64,000 nucleotides of DNA. Source: Cyanophora paradoxa CCMP329 (taxonomy: Eukaryota > Plantae > Glaucophyta). The position numbers and the translations under genes are program-made. Below, in pieces: positions 28,138-41,200 of this stretch. Under the pieces are notes generated by a model. The model did not search any database and was not told where the DNA came from. It saw only the letters and a program-made list of their open reading frames with translations. Position 1 is the first letter of the stretch. Each line of letters begins with the position of its first letter. Location: assembly GCA_004431415.1 (NCBI GenBank), contig QPMI01000071.1:310001-374000 (forward strand), read 5' to 3'.

Positions 28138-31100
28138 ATGAAGAGAGACACTATCTTCTCCGCCGCTCGGGCCGGCAGCATCGCCCGTCTCCGCCGCCTT
28201 CTTGAACTCCCTGAGGATGGCGACGGATTCGAATCTGCATGTGAGCCCGCCGCGCCTCACTCTTGGAGACGAACTGACGAGGTCATTCTGCAGTTCCGAA
28301 GAACGCTCTCGAGCTCCTGCACGACAGGAACGGTGCGCGGGATTCGGCGCCTCTTCAATCTCTTGCGGGGCGCTTCTGACGCCGCCAGAGCGCAGACTCC
28401 GGCGCCAACGTGCTCGAACCGCCTTTCCTTTTCTTTTTCTGTCGCCAACCGCGCTCGTTCCGCAGGCGCTCCACATCGCCGCATCTTGCGGGCATGCCGA
28501 CGTCGCCGAGTTCCTGCTGGCCGTCGAGGCGGCCTGCGTCCAGGCGCGCAAGAAAGAGAGGCCGCAGCTCATGCGTGTTGCCGATTGGGAGTCCTCGGTG
28601 CGCGAGCCGCTGTTCGCGGCTTCCGCCATCGACGTCCGACTGAGGCTCGCCGCGCGCAGTGGACGGCCCTGCACCGCGCCGCGTACGAGGGTCACGTTTC
28701 CGTGATGTCGGTTCTGTGCGCCCCGCGGCCCGACCCGATCCTCGCGCTCCCGTTTCTGACCGCACCGTCCCGATCGCAGCTGCGCGCGCGGCAACTGGGA
28801 GGCTCTGTACGTGAAGGACCGGGACGGCCTCACGCCGCTCGATCTGCTCAACGGCTTCCCGATGCGCCCGCTCGCGAAGGGCGACGCCCGCCGCGGTGCG
28901 CGCCCTGCTATCGATCGCCGCGGCGCGCGCTCTCTCGGGTGTTTCCTCCGCTGACGCCGACGCCGCCCACCCGCCCGCGCGCACGCAGGCGGCGAGGTCT
29001 TCACTTTTGGATCGGCCGCGAACTACCAGCTGGGCCACTCTGACCAGAACGCGCTGTGCGCGCCCAAGCGCGTCGAGGCGGTTCTACCCCACCGCGTTGT
29101 CTCCGTCTCCGCGTCCACGTACCACTCCGTCGCCGTCACCGACGCTGGCCTTGTCTACACGTGGGGCTTCGGTGCGCCCCGCCCGCTCCTCCTCCCCCTT
29201 CTCTCCGCGCGTGCTGCCCGCTCACCGCCGCTTTGCAGGCGGCACTGGGCGCCTGGGCCACGGGGACGAGGCGACTCGCATCCAGCCGACGCTTGTCGAA
29301 GGTAGGAGATCCGCCCGCGGCTGTCCTCCTCGCCGCCGCCTCCGCCGCCCCGCCCCCGCTGAGCGTGCGCGTTTCTCCCCGCTCCGCAGGGCTCCGCGGC
29401 AAGCGCGTAATCCAGGTCGCCGCCGCCCGCGACCACAGCGTCGCCCTGACAGACACGGGCAAGCTCTACGCGTGGTCCGCACCCGAACCGCGCCGCCGCC
29501 GCCACCACCCCTTCCTCCCGCTCACCTCTTTCTCCGCAGGGGCGACAACTCCAGCGCGCAGCTGGGGTACGACACCACGCCGCAGGGCGGGTTCTCGCCC
29601 TCTACCCCGCCCGCGTCGTCCTTCCTCGCCCGCTACGGAGGCGGCTCGCCCCTCGCGGCGGGCGCCCAGCCCTCGGGCTCGCCCCTCGCGGCGAACGCTA
29701 GCCTCGGCCCGCGGAAGGTCGGCGCGATCGCCGACCTGTCGGTCGTCCACGTCGCCTGCGGCCGCTCGCACACGGTGGCCGTGACGAAGGAGGGCGAGGT
29801 CTGGTCCTGGGGCCGAGGCGCCGAGGGCCAGCTGGGCCACGGGCGGCCCGAGCCGCAGCCGATGCCCAAGCGCGTCGAGGCGCTGGCGGGCAAGGCCCGC
29901 GCCGTCATGGCCGCCTGCTCCTCCTCCCACACGCTGGTTCTCTCGGACGCGGGCGACGTCTACGAGTTCGGGCACGGCCGCGCGAACAAGCAGGGCCTCA
30001 TCGTCCCGCGACGCGTCAAGCTGGAGCCGCCGGCCGCCGTGCGCGGCATCCGCCTGCACCGCGCCGCGAGCCTCCGCGTCGTGCACGTCTCCGCTGCCAG
30101 CGGCCGCTCCGTGGCCGTGACCGAGTCGGGAGACGTCTACCAGGTCGGCTTTCCTGCCTTCCTTCCTTCCCTGCGCGCCGCCGCTGCTGCTGAGGCGCGC
30201 CGCTCGCAGTGGCAGGCCCCCCTGGCGACCGCCACGGGCGACTACATCTTTCCCGCCCCGCAGCGCGTCGACGGCTTCCGCGGCCGCCGCGTCGTGAGCG
30301 TCGCGGCGGCCCGCGACCACACTCTGGCCGTGACCGACGCCGGCGAGCTCTTCTCGTGGGGCTCCAACACGGCGGGGGCGCTCGGCCTCGGCTCCGCCCC
30401 CTCCGCCTCGGCCACGACCGCGCCCTCCCGCGTCTACGGAGTCGCCCGCGTGCTCGCCGCGGCCGCCGGCGAGTCCCACTCGGTCGTCCTGGCCTCGCCC
30501 GTGCCGGTCGACGTGCCCGCCGTCTCGCCCTCCACTTTTGATAGAGACGTGGAGGGACTTCTCCTCCCCGAAGATGGCGACGCGGACGACTCGGACCGCG
30601 TCGTTCTCGTTCCCCGCGAGGCCTGCGCCGACGGGGCCTCCAGCTGCGCGGCCGCCGCCGCCGCCGACGGGGAGGACGAGGACGACGGCCCGATCGTCGC
30701 CAGCCGGGCACTCCTCGCCGCCCGCTGCCCCTTCTTCGCGGCCATGTTCGGCGCGGTGCGCGCGCTCCGCACCTCCGCTAGCTCTAGCCAACGCTTAGAG
30801 CAAGCTAAGACTAGCAAGACTCCAATTCTGCCTTCTTCTTCTAAGCTAGACTCCACGCAAGCTAAGACTCCACAAGCTAAGGCTAGAAAGACGCTTCTTC
30901 TCCTCTCCTCCTCCATCGCCCCTCTCTGACGCCCCCCGGCAGGCCTTCGCCGACTCGGCGTCGCGGGAGGTGGCGATGCCCGAGTTCGGACGCGCCGCCC
31001 TCCGCGCCCTCGTCCGCTACAGCCAGACCGACGACACCGACGTGCGCCCCGTACCCCCCCCTCTTCGAGCCTAGGACCTAGGATCCCCCGCCCCGCTGGG

Positions 31101-34100
31101 CCGCCTAGCCGCCTGGGATTGGGGGGGGGGGGCCGTGGCCTTCGTGCGCCCTCTCCTCCCCCCTCCCCCCCTCCCCCCCTCCCGCTCCCTCTCCGAGCTT
31201 AGGATAAAGGATCTGCTTCTTCTAGGATCCGGCCCTGATGCTATCCCTCTGCTCGGGCGCCGTGGCATGACTTCGAATCTAGGATCTGGCTCTATAAGAG
31301 CCCGGGCCCGGCCCTATCGCCCCGCCCCGCCCAGGCCCAGGCCTGACCCTGATGCCTTCCGCCCCTTCCCCCGCAGATCCCCCTCGAGCTCGCCCCCGAG
31401 CTCCTCGCCGCCGCCGACTCCGCCTTCCTCGAGCGCCTCAAGGAGGCCTGCGCGGCGCGGCTCGCGTCCTCGCTGGACGCCTCCAGCGCCTGCGCCGTCG
31501 CCTGCTTCGCGGAGCGCCACGGCGCGGAGGGCCTCCGCGCTTCCTGCGTGGGGTACATGGGCGAGCACGTCGCCCGGCTGCTCTCGACGAAGGTCCTGAG
31601 GCCGGACGCCCTCTCCCCGACCCTCTTCCATGACCTCGAGGTCCGCTTCGCGCGCTCAGAAAGGCGCCGGAAAGAGAGCTGAAGCTGAGATCGCGCAGCA
31701 CGAGGTGCGGCGGCGTCGGCGGCGCGCCGGGGAGGGCTCGGGCGGCGCCCCGCCGCCCTTCGAGGCGCCGGCCTCGGGGCCCCGCCGCCCCCGCTGCGAC
31801 TCGCTGCTCGACGGCTCCGACATCGAGGAGGAGGAGTCGGCGTCCCTCCCGCGCTTCGTCCGCCCGCCCCTTCCGCTCTCATCTTGATGATGATCGCTGA
31901 TCGCTGCGCGCCGCAAACGCGCAGGCTTCCTCTCGCCCCCGCCTCTCCAGCGTCGGCAGCGCCGCGGATGCCGAGCGCACCAGCCCTCAGCATCAGCAGG
32001 AGGAGCGGGGCGGCAGCCCGCAGCCCCTGCCCTCGCCGGCCCCGCAGCCCTCGGCCCAGCCGCCGGCCTTCGCGTCGGCGGCGGACGAGGAGCGCTGGCG
32101 CAAGCGGAAGGCGCTGCGCAAGAAGCTGCGCGAGATCGCCATCGCCGAGTTCCGCCTCGACCAGGTGCCCCCCTCCCTCTCGCGGCCGCGCCGGGCCGGG
32201 CCGGACCTAGATAGAGCCCTTCTTAGAACTGAGAAGAGCGTCAAGGGGCTAGATCCGCCTCCCGAGCGGCTTAGCCTCTCTCGAAGCCTCCCGGACTCTT
32301 CCTGCCTCCCCTCCTTCCTCCCCTCCTGACCGCCCCGCCCCGCCCCGCCCCCCCGGCGCCCCTGAGAAGAAGAAGAGCCTCGTACCCCTCCTTCGCCCCT
32401 TCCCCCTCCCTGACCTCCTCCCCCAGGGGGAGGCGCTGCACGGGGAGCAGCTGGAGAAGCTGTCCCTCAAGGGCCGCCTCCTCGCCGAGCTCCGCGCCCT
32501 CGCCTCCCCGGGTACGCCGTTTCTAGAGGGGGGGGAAGGAGGGGAGGGGAAGGAGGGGGCTAAGAGACGCGGGTCGCCCCGTGCGCCGCCGTCGCCTCCG
32601 CCGCGCCTTTTCTTTAGGCAGAAAGACAGAGGGGAAGGTCGCTTGCTAGCCGCCGGCTCGGCTCGGCCGTGCTAGTCTTCCTAGAGACGAAGCCGCCCGC
32701 GAGGCCTCCTTTGCCTGACGTACGTACCCCCCGCAGCCGAGTTCGAGGAGGAGTACACGCCCGACGCGTGGATCGCCGCGTACCTCTCCGGCGTACCCGC
32801 CGCCGGCCCCGCCGCCCCGGCTCCGGCGCCGTACCCCTCCCCGGCCCCCTCCCCGGCCCCCCTGCCCCTCCTGGCCGTGGACGTGGGGCATGCGGCCCCC
32901 TCGGGCCCCGCCTCCGCCCCGGCCTCCTCGTCCTCGCCGTCGTCCCCCGCCTCTCCGGCTGTACCCCTGGCGCCCTACATCCTCCGCCGGGACGACGACG
33001 GCGCCTGTACCCCCTCCGCCTCGTCGGCGAAGGGCAGGGGCAAGCAGCGGGGCAAGGGCCAGGAGTCGCCGCCGGCGCCCCCGGCTTCGGCCGCAGCCGC
33101 CACGCCGCCGCCGCCGGCCCCAAAGCCCGCCCCGGCGCCAGCCTGGGGCGCGGCAACGCCGCCTACGCCTGGAGGCGGCGGCGTCGGAGGTGGCGGCGGC
33201 TCCGCAGCAGCCACGCCCGCCTCACCCGCCGTACCCTCCCCGGGCCGCTCCCTCCGCGAGATCCTGGAGGAGGAGGCCGCGGCGGCCAAGGCCGCGCAGC
33301 TCCTGGCCAGGCCGCCCAAATCCCAGCCGTCCCCGGGCTCCACGCCCCGCACCGGCGCTTTTGGCGGGCGATCCTCGCCGCTCCCGGCCCCGGCCGCCGC
33401 CGCCCCGGGTCCTCGCCCCCTCCGCGCCCCGCGGCTGGGGCGTTGTCCCGGGCGGCTCCAGCCCGCGCGCCGGGCCCTCCCGTCCCTTTGGCATCCTCTC
33501 CGATGGCCATACCCGGCTCCGCTCGCGCGGCCCGCGCCCGTCGGGTCGGTCTCCCCATGACGCCCTTCTCCCCCCCGCCGGCTTCCCCCGCCTCGGCCTC
33601 GGCCTCGGTCGGCCGCTCCCGGCCGCACCCTTCGCGGCGGCGCCCGCGCCCGCGGCGGCGGCGCCGCCGCCGCCCCGCCCACCGGCCCCTCCATCCCAGG
33701 CTTCGGCCGCGGCCCCGGCATCGCGCCCCGGCGGGCTCCTCTCCGCCCTCATCGAGGACGCCGAGCGCAAGGCGCAGGCGAAGAAGGGCAAGGCGCCGGA
33801 GGCGCCCAAGCCAGCGCCCCCGGCCTGGGGAAAGAAGGTCGTCCCGTCGGACTCGAACCCGGGTCCGGGCCCGGGTTTGAAGGAGATCCAGGCGCAAGAG
33901 GAGGCGGCGCTGGCTCGGCAGCAGAAGCTGTGGGGCCGCCCCGAGGGCGCCGCCTCCTCCTCCTCCGCGTCGGTGCGGGGCGCGACGGTGACGAGCTGGG
34001 GACTGCGGGCGGACCCCCTCGTCCAGAAGATCGAGCACATCCAGACGGAGGAGAAGGTACCCCCGCTCTTTCCTCCGGCTAGAATATCCAGAATCCTAGC

Positions 34101-34344
34101 TCTAGAGCTAAAGTGTCCTAGCTCCATCTCTGCTTTCGCCTGCGTTTCGTCCGAGATCTCTAGTGCCCCGCCCCTAAGGCCATCTGCCTTTCTAGCTCTC
34201 GTGAACTTCTTTACTTCCGCCCCTGGTTTCTTTCCGCGCCGCCCCGGGGGCCTTTGTTCGCCGCGCCCCGCCCGCTCTGACGCCGCGCCCATTCCTCCCC
34301 GCCTGCGCAGGCCATTCGGGAGATCAACGAGTTCTACAACAACA

Positions 34345-34377
<33 letters not shown>

Positions 34378-34493
34378 GGGGCCGGCGGCGCAAGGGCGCG
34401 GGGCCGGCCGGGGCGGCCGGGGGCCTCCTCGACGCCGAGGAGGCGGCGGCGCGCCCCGTCGTCGTCCGCGTCGTTCCGGCCTCCCGCTCCTGA
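28138..34493 (+). CDS. IBTK: IBTK-like protein (ankyrin repeats, RCC1 repeats, BTB/POZ-BACK, low-complexity C-terminus); probable CUL3 adaptor
   Basis: Ankyrin: ALHIAASCGHADVAEFLL..ADWESSWTALHRAAYEGH. RCC1: VACGRSHTVAVTKEGEVWSWGRGAEGQLGHG, AAARDHTLAVTDAGELFSWGSNTAGALG. BTB: ASRALLAARCPFFAAMF..FADS. C-terminal SLREILEEE and GLKEIQAQEE motifs, then IEHIQTEEK|AIREINEFY. TGA at 34491-34493. Confidence 0.88.
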
Positions 34494-34538
34494 TCAGATC
34501 GGATCGGATCGGATCTCATCTGATCTGATCTGATCTGA
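34494..34538. repeat. (GATCG)n/(GATCT)n microsatellite immediately after the IBTK-like stop codon
   Basis: tcagatcggatcggatcggatctcatctgatctgatctgatctgag. Confidence 0.8.
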
Positions 34539-35087
34539 GCCGAGCTAGTCTGAGTCGCGGGCTCGAGCCCTCGAGCCCAGCGTCTCACCTTCCATTTCAT
34601 TATGTTATGTTATGCGTTTGATCGGCAGTCTTTCAACGCCTCTTTCACATGAACTTTGGTTTCACAGGCAGTCCTCACTTGCTTGCTGCTCCCCTCTCGC
34701 AATTGCAGTCCACTTCCTTTCAAAGAGCGCCCGGCCCCCTCCGGACTCTCCAGCCCGCTGCCCTCCACCCTTTACTCAAGCTGCGACCCTTCAGCTTTGG
34801 AATCTTGTACATAGTCGGTCTAGTCGATCAGTTAGAAGGCGCAGCATGTGACTGTTGTTGTTCGAGTCCGGCAGGCGGAGCTAGGCCGCGCTTCCCTTGT
34901 ACATGCCATGATGTAATCTAGAACCGCGCGCGCATGCGCACAGCACTTTCCAAGAACGGGACGCTCGCTGCGCTATGCAGAGCTACTAGCCTAGAGGAGT
35001 GCGGTCGATTCGACATCGTAATTCGGCAAGGGCGGAGGGGGAAGGGTTCAAAAACAATTGAAGGCGCCGGCGGCCCACGCGAGAATA

Positions 35088-36294
35088 CTACTCCTGCGGC
35101 CTGTTCTTGGGGTTCAACGGGCTCTTCTTCCACATCTCCCACACCTGGATCCGAACCCGCGGCGTCAGCGGGGGTACGGCGTGGCACCGGGGGCGGGAGG
35201 GGGGTACGGGCCATCTGCTGGTGCTGCGTGAAGACCATGCTGGGATTCTCCGCCCGAACCCGCGGCAGCGTCTGGGCTGAAAAGAGTGGGGGGAGGTGAT
35301 CGGCAGGGGGTACGCGAAAGGGATGGAGGGGGGTACCGTAGAATTCCTTCCAGCTGATGGTGGCGGCGGAGGAGGAGCCGGCGGATGGTAGGGCCGCCTC
35401 GAGTTCCCGAAGGGCCTCGTCGAGACCCGAAGCCTCGATCGTGTCCCCCGCCTGGGAGGGGGGTAGGGAGTTTGAGGGAGGGCTGGGGTACGCGATGTAA
35501 TGAGAGGGGAGTACCCGGTTGTTGTTGGGGGCCTCCACTTGCCGCGCGTACTCGTCCTGCGAGGGGGCGGGGGGGGGGGGGGGGGGGGGGGGGATATCAG
35601 CGTGGTATCCCCGCCCCTCGAGAACGCTGTACCCACCTCGCGGACAATCTTGGGATCGTTCGCCTTCGCCTTCTCGGCCTCCGCCTTCTCCCGCTCCTGC
35701 GGGGGTACAGCATCGCTCCCGGGATCGGGTACGGCATTGCCAGGGGGGGGTACCGCACCTTCATCTGGGCGATCTGGAAGGCGGTGATCTTGGGTCGGAG
35801 CGGGTCCTTCCCCGCCTTCGCCTTGTTCGCCTTCTCTAGCTCCGCCGCCTCCTGTGGGGGGGTAAGCGGCGCGCGGGAGAGCCGGGGGGGTACGGCGACG
35901 ACGCGGGCCTTGGCTTCGAGCTCCTTCGCCTCGCGGCGGCGCCGCTCGGCTTCGGCCTTCTTGCGCGCCTCCTCCTCCTTCTTCTCGTCGCGCTTCGCCC
36001 GGTCCTGCGCACGTGCGCCGCAATCGGCCCGTCAGCGACCCGATCCGAAGCGACTCGCCGCCGCTGCGGGCTGGGCGCGGAATGGGCGGGCGCGCCTGCG
36101 ACTCGAGGCCGTTCCAGTACGAGTCTTCCTTCTGGCGCGCTTCCTGCTCGCGCTTCTCGACCTTCTTCGTCTGCTCTCGCTCCCGCGCCTCCGCCCTGCA
36201 AAGCGCCGCGACCGAAGCGTGAGGCCGACGGCGCGAGCGCCGCAGACCAGGGAGAAGCGCACGACTTGCTGTTGACGCCGAACTTCTTCGGCAT
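35088..36294 (-). CDS. CCDC124: Coiled-coil domain-containing protein 124 (CCDC124/Oxs1/Lso2 family; idle-ribosome-binding factor)
   Basis: Spliced N-terminus MPKKFGVNSKSAEARERE..QKEDSYW. C-terminus IEASGLDEAL..WKEFY..LPRVRAENPSMVFTQHQQM|VWEMWKKSPLNPKN. TAG at 35090-35088. Both ends match the family's signature motifs. Confidence 0.9.
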
Positions 36295-36755
36295 GGCTGC
36301 TGGCTCGACCGCTGCGAACGCCGCGCCGGCGAGGGTGCGATCAGCTCGGCCGCTGGGCACTGTCGGCGTGCCCCGATCTTCAAGAGATCAGCATCGCGCA
36401 CCTGCTTCTTAGAAGTGCCTCAAGCGTCCTGCAAGCCGCCTTCCGACGCCTTGGCGGATCTGCGGCGCCCATATCACGGCGGGAGAGTCCAAGGCGCTTT
36501 TGTTGTGCAGGCACGAGCTAAAGATAAGAGCATGTTTTTGACGCCCGATGGCGAGGTGTGCGGGAGGCGGCAACTTCACGCGAGCCCACTTCTCGCAGCC
36601 TGGCCGCCGGCCCTCGCCTCAGCGCACCTGCACTCTATGTGCCGATTATGACTCGCTAGCAGAGTCTTCCTTGAGCTCGCTGCTCTTGGGCTTGTGTGCC
36701 GCGCGGGCCAAATTGCAACGACAATCGGGTACAGCTCCGTCGTGCCGACCGCCGA
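36295..36755. promoter_or_regulatory. Compact (~460 bp) divergent promoter region between CCDC124 and the MYND-finger gene
   Basis: Head-to-head ATGs at 36294 (-) and 36756 (+). Confidence 0.5.
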
Positions 36756-37880
36756 ATGTCGACGTCCATTCCAGCCGCTGCCGCCGAAAGTGAGGTGCAG
36801 GCTGGCAACGAAGAAGCGCAGACCGGTGAGCAGGCTGGTGACGTCGACGGAGAAGCCTGCGCCAGCGTGAAGCCGGCGTCCGGGCGCTCGCGCAAGGGCA
36901 AAAAGCACCAGAAGGGCAAGCGGCGTACGCAGGCGCAGGCGCAAGCTGCAACAAGCGCACCAGCAGCAGCACCATCGCAACCTGCAGCTGCGTCGACGTC
37001 GTCGACGTCGTGCGCGCGCCCGCGCTGGCCCATTTCCTACCCTGCAGCTGCATCTGCGCGCCCGCATGCGCAGCTAATCATGACCATGAACCATCGATCG
37101 AGCGCAGCCTCCGCTCGATTACGATGTGGCGTCCCTGCGTCGCCCCCAACGCTCTGCTGGCGCTCACGCTCGGCATCATGGCGGGCCGCCTCGAGAAGAC
37201 TGTGGAGAAGGAGCAGCGGACGTTCAGCCTGCCCCCCGCGTTCGCGGCGGAGCCCGGCGGCCCGCCGGAGCTGTATCCTTTCCCGCCCGTGTGGCTCGGC
37301 GACCCGCGCGGGGCGATGGCCGAGCTGAAGCTTCCGGAGGGTTTCTACCACCTCGGCGAGGCCGCAGCGCAAAAGTTCCTTGAGCAGCAGTTCATGGATC
37401 TGCGCTGGGACGATCTCGTGAGCGCTTACGAGCAGGCGCGCGGCGGGCCGGAGGCGCCGCGGCCGATGCAGGAGCACCAGAGCCTCTTTGCTGCGGCCGG
37501 GATCGAGCTGAAGGTCTCGGGAAGCGGCTCCGCTTCTGCGGACTTCGAGCAAGTCATGCGGCGCTCGGCATTCGACGCTCAGCGAGGCCACCTTCCTCGC
37601 TTGCGGGAGCAGAGGCCCTGCGGACACTGCCGCGCCCCCGCATCCAACGTGTGCAGGTGCGGCTTGTCGCCCATGATTTGATCTCTACCTTCGATTCTGA
37701 AAAGCGCACCCGGTGACCCCTGCGCGCGGCCGCAGCTGCTTGGAAGCGTACTGCGGGCGAGAGTGCCAGCGGGCGGACTGGCGGACGCACAGGCCGACGT
37801 GCGAGCGGATCCGGCAGGCCCACGCGCTGGCCGTGATCCTCACCAAGATGTGCTGGGCCACTGGCGCCGGCATGCGGTGA
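36756..37880 (+). CDS. MYND-type zinc finger protein (3 exons)
   Basis: ATG at 36756, followed by a basic NLS-like patch RSRKGKKHQKGKRR. Removing the gtgcgg..cgcag intron gives PCGHCRAPASNVCSCLEAYCGRECQRADWRTHRPTC, a MYND finger. TGA at 37878-37880. Confidence 0.82.
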
Positions 37881-38255
37881 ACACGCTAGCGCTTGGTGCC
37901 TGCAGCTGGGGCTCGCTGCACTAGTACTGTGTGTCTCGCCAGCGACGACATACATTGTCCTTCCACAACATAGGAACGACCCTTTCTGAAGTGCACGTGG
38001 AAGGGATGGGAGGGGGGGAAGATGGGGGGGGGGAGGGCCCGGGGGCGGGGAAGAGGCCTATGCCGAGGCTGCACTGCCCCCCGGGGGCAGGAAAATTTTG
38101 GTTCGGTGCCGGTGGCGTGGGGTGCCCGGCTAGGGGGAGGGGGGGGGGGGGGGGGGGAGGGGGTAAGCCGGGGAAGGGTAGATTGAGAGGGTAAGTAGCT
38201 ATAGCCTAGGTAGGGCGGGGGTGGGGGTACTGTGGTAGGGGGGGTTGCATTGCCT

Positions 38256-38277
38256 AGTTGGAGGTTGGAGGCGAGGG
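38256..38277 (+). repeat. Left target-site duplication of the non-LTR element
   Basis: agttggaggttggaggcgaggg, identical to 46723-46744. Confidence 0.88.
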
Positions 38278-41200
38278 GAGACGGGGTGTACCCCGAAAAA
38301 AAGGGGCCTTCTGAAAACGTCTTTCCTGATCGTGCAAAAGCGCGGCGGGACCAGCGGCTAGCGTAGAAGCATTCGGTAGCCCCTGGCGCGCCCGGCGGTA
38401 TCGACATCAACGGAATTCCGGAGATGAAGGTATGCCGGCCGTCCTCTCGCGTTTCGCTCTAAATTCGGACCTTTCGCCACCAAATCCATGGAATAGAAGT
38501 TGTTCTCAGTCAGGGGAAGCCCTCTGTCGCGCGCCATGTTCCCGAAATTTGAATAGCTCCCGTGCCCCCGCTGCCTGCGCAAGCTCCCTCGCGGCGGTGT
38601 GCACATGCCCAGATCCTCTAAAACATAGACTTAGATCCCCCTCCGCCGCCGCGCACGTCCGTTCGGCCCGCCGGGAATTCGCTTGTTGCTCGCTGGCCCG
38701 CCGGGCGCCCACGGAATTTGATCTCCGACTTTCGAGTCGTGATTCGGAATGTCTCTTTGCCGATCGAGCTTTTCCCGGCCCCGGGTCAAGCTCCGGCGAC
38801 TCAGTCGTGCCCGCAGTGCAAACGGTCCATGCCAGTTCCTGCCGGCGACCACGCCGCGCCCCGGATGTCGCCTTAGTCTCTGAAAGAAGTGCTGCCGACG
38901 AATCCCTGCTGCCCTCGAGATTGCACGTTGACGTTCACGTCTTCGGTGCGCAGAGCAGCCCAGCTGTGCATGCGTCGCTATCAGCCCACAGCCAGTACGA
39001 CTGCCTGCAAGGCGAAGACTTGTCCAAGGAAGCCCTTTCGACCTCGTCGCTGGCCCCGCGATCCGCCCGGCTGCGCATGCGCATGCGCGTGCCCCCAGCC
39101 AGCGGCCGTTGCCGCAGCGCTAGCCGGCGTCTAGATATCGATTTGATCATGAGCATCGCTAGCCACTGCCCTCGAGCTCTGTGCTCCCTCTGTGCTCCTC
39201 CCCGCTCAGGCTCTGTCAACCGCACCATCGATATCTGCCCCGCTGGCCGTAGCTTTCCCGTGCACACCCGCGAGGGCACTGGGATGCAAAAAGTCCACGC
39301 ATCTAATGTTACTAAATGAAAAAGAAAACTAAAGCTGCGGCCGCGGCCCCTGCCGCGGCAAAAGCAGCCCCAGCTACAAAGGCGCCCGGCAGCAAGCCGA
39401 CGGGCCAAAAGAAACAAAATGCGACTAAGCTGCAGCTGAACAAGAAGGCGGGGGGCGCGGGACCCGCGGCGGCTGCGACGCTCCGTCTGGCGAATGTCTT
39501 TCCCCCCAGACTGTTCCCCGAAGGCGGCGACTTCATAGGGGACGAGCCGGCTATCAGGAAGCAGAAACCGGACGGGGTGATGAGGGCCATGACCTTCAAC
39601 ACAAGAGGGTCCAGCGCCTACAAGCTGCAGCAGCTAGAAGAGTTTTGCTGCCGCTGGGACGTCGATGTAGCGGGCGTGCAGGAGCTGTCGATGACAAGGC
39701 CCCAGATGGCCGCCGCCTTGAGGTCGAGAGGGAGGACCCGCTCCAGCCGGAAGGCGCGATAACGCACGGAAAACTCCTGTACACGCTAAAATCAGGAGAC
39801 GGAACGCGAGGGAGCGGCGCCGCTCTCTGGGTCGCGCCGCAATGGGTCAAGCACCTCACGACGAAGTACGAGGTCCAGGGCCGGCTGATCGGATTCGAGC
39901 TCCGCTTCAAAGGGAACCTCCAGCTCTTCGTGGCGAGCGTGTACATGCCCGCGTCCGAGAGCAAAGCTGCGCATCGCCAGGATCAGGAGAAGGTCATCGA
40001 AGAACTGACGAAGATGTACGACGACTTCTACGAGCGTGAAAACGCGCACCTGCTGCTCCTGGGAGACTGGAACTCGGTCCCGGTCCCGTCGAGCTCGCGC
40101 ATCCGAAACGGCGCCCTGGCCCAGAGCCACAAAGCCGAACGGAAGTGGTGGCACACGATGATCGACTCGTGGGACCTGCGCGACGCCGGGATGTCACACG
40201 CGGCGAAACATGATGACGGAACTCTCTGCGGAGCACGCGAGATCACGCACCGCACCCCGCACGGAAGCAAGGGCCAAGGGGCGTCGGTCGGGCGGCGGCG
40301 GCACCTGTGCCGTCTGACGACGTAGACGAGTCAGAGGGCGCGGAACGCGAAGCAGAGGAGGAAACGCCGGCGGACCTACCAAAAGATGCGCTCTGGCACG
40401 CGGCGCGCATCGATGCGGTGCTGGTCTCGGAATCACTGGATCACGCGCTCCTCAGCGCGCACACGTGCCCCGCGTGGGTCGATGCGCCGCACGACTCGGA
40501 CCACTATCCAGCGTTCGCGGACTTCGACCTGAAGGAGGCGGGCATGACAGCGCCGGTGGGACCGAAGCCAGAACCGAAACCCGGGCCACCGGTGTTTGAC
40601 CCGGACGGCCTGAAGCGCACGCAAAACGAGAAGGATGAGCTGAAACGAGAGCTAAACAGGCAGCTCGGCGAAGCCGTCGGGGCGGACCTTGGCGCCGTCG
40701 GCGAGGGCACGCCGGAAGAGCGCCTCGAGCGGCTGAGCCGCATCCACGCTGCGAGCGCGAGCCTTGTTCAGGAGGTGGCAAAGGAACATCTATGCATGAG
40801 GGGCCGAGGGGGGAAACCGACCAAGCCGCGCAACCTGCCGTGGCAGGCGAAGGCCGACGCCAGAGTTGCCCGCATTCTCGCTGCTTGGAGGAAGGAACCA
40901 GGCGGAATCCCGTCGGAGCTAACGGTCCAGGCGATCGAGAAGCTGCTGCACTACGTGACCGCCAGGGAAGGCCTCCGGCCCTTCCCGCTCCGTCCGGCTG
41001 AACGGCGCCAAGCGAGGGCTGAGCAAGGCTCACCGCCGCCCGGATCCCGGCACTCGAGCTCGCACAGCTCACAAGGCTCGAACAGCGGTAGCCCCGCGCC
41101 GGCCCAGCCGTACCCCCCGGCTGATCATGAAGAGGACTGGGCCGAGGCGCATCGGCGGCAGCTCAAAGAGGACTGGGCGACCTTCTTCCGGGGGCTGAAA

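Noticed and set aside
27403-34533. Long Arg/Pro/Gly-rich alternative-frame and antisense ORFs (e.g. 533, 441, 403, 547 aa)
   Set aside because: They are shadow ORFs of very GC-rich coding sequence overlapping the IBTK-like gene and have no domain motifs.
38278-38700. Self-cleaving ribozyme (HDV-like or hammerhead) at the LINE 5' end
   Set aside because: Only a short palindrome (ggggtgtacccc-like) is visible and I could not assemble the catalytic core by eye. An Infernal/RNArobo search would be needed.
38432-39319. 295-aa ORF as ORF1/gag of the LINE
   Set aside because: It is Ser/Arg/Ala-rich with no RRM, CCHC knuckle or coiled coil, and looks like a chance ORF in GC-rich DNA. A family consensus is needed to exclude it fully.
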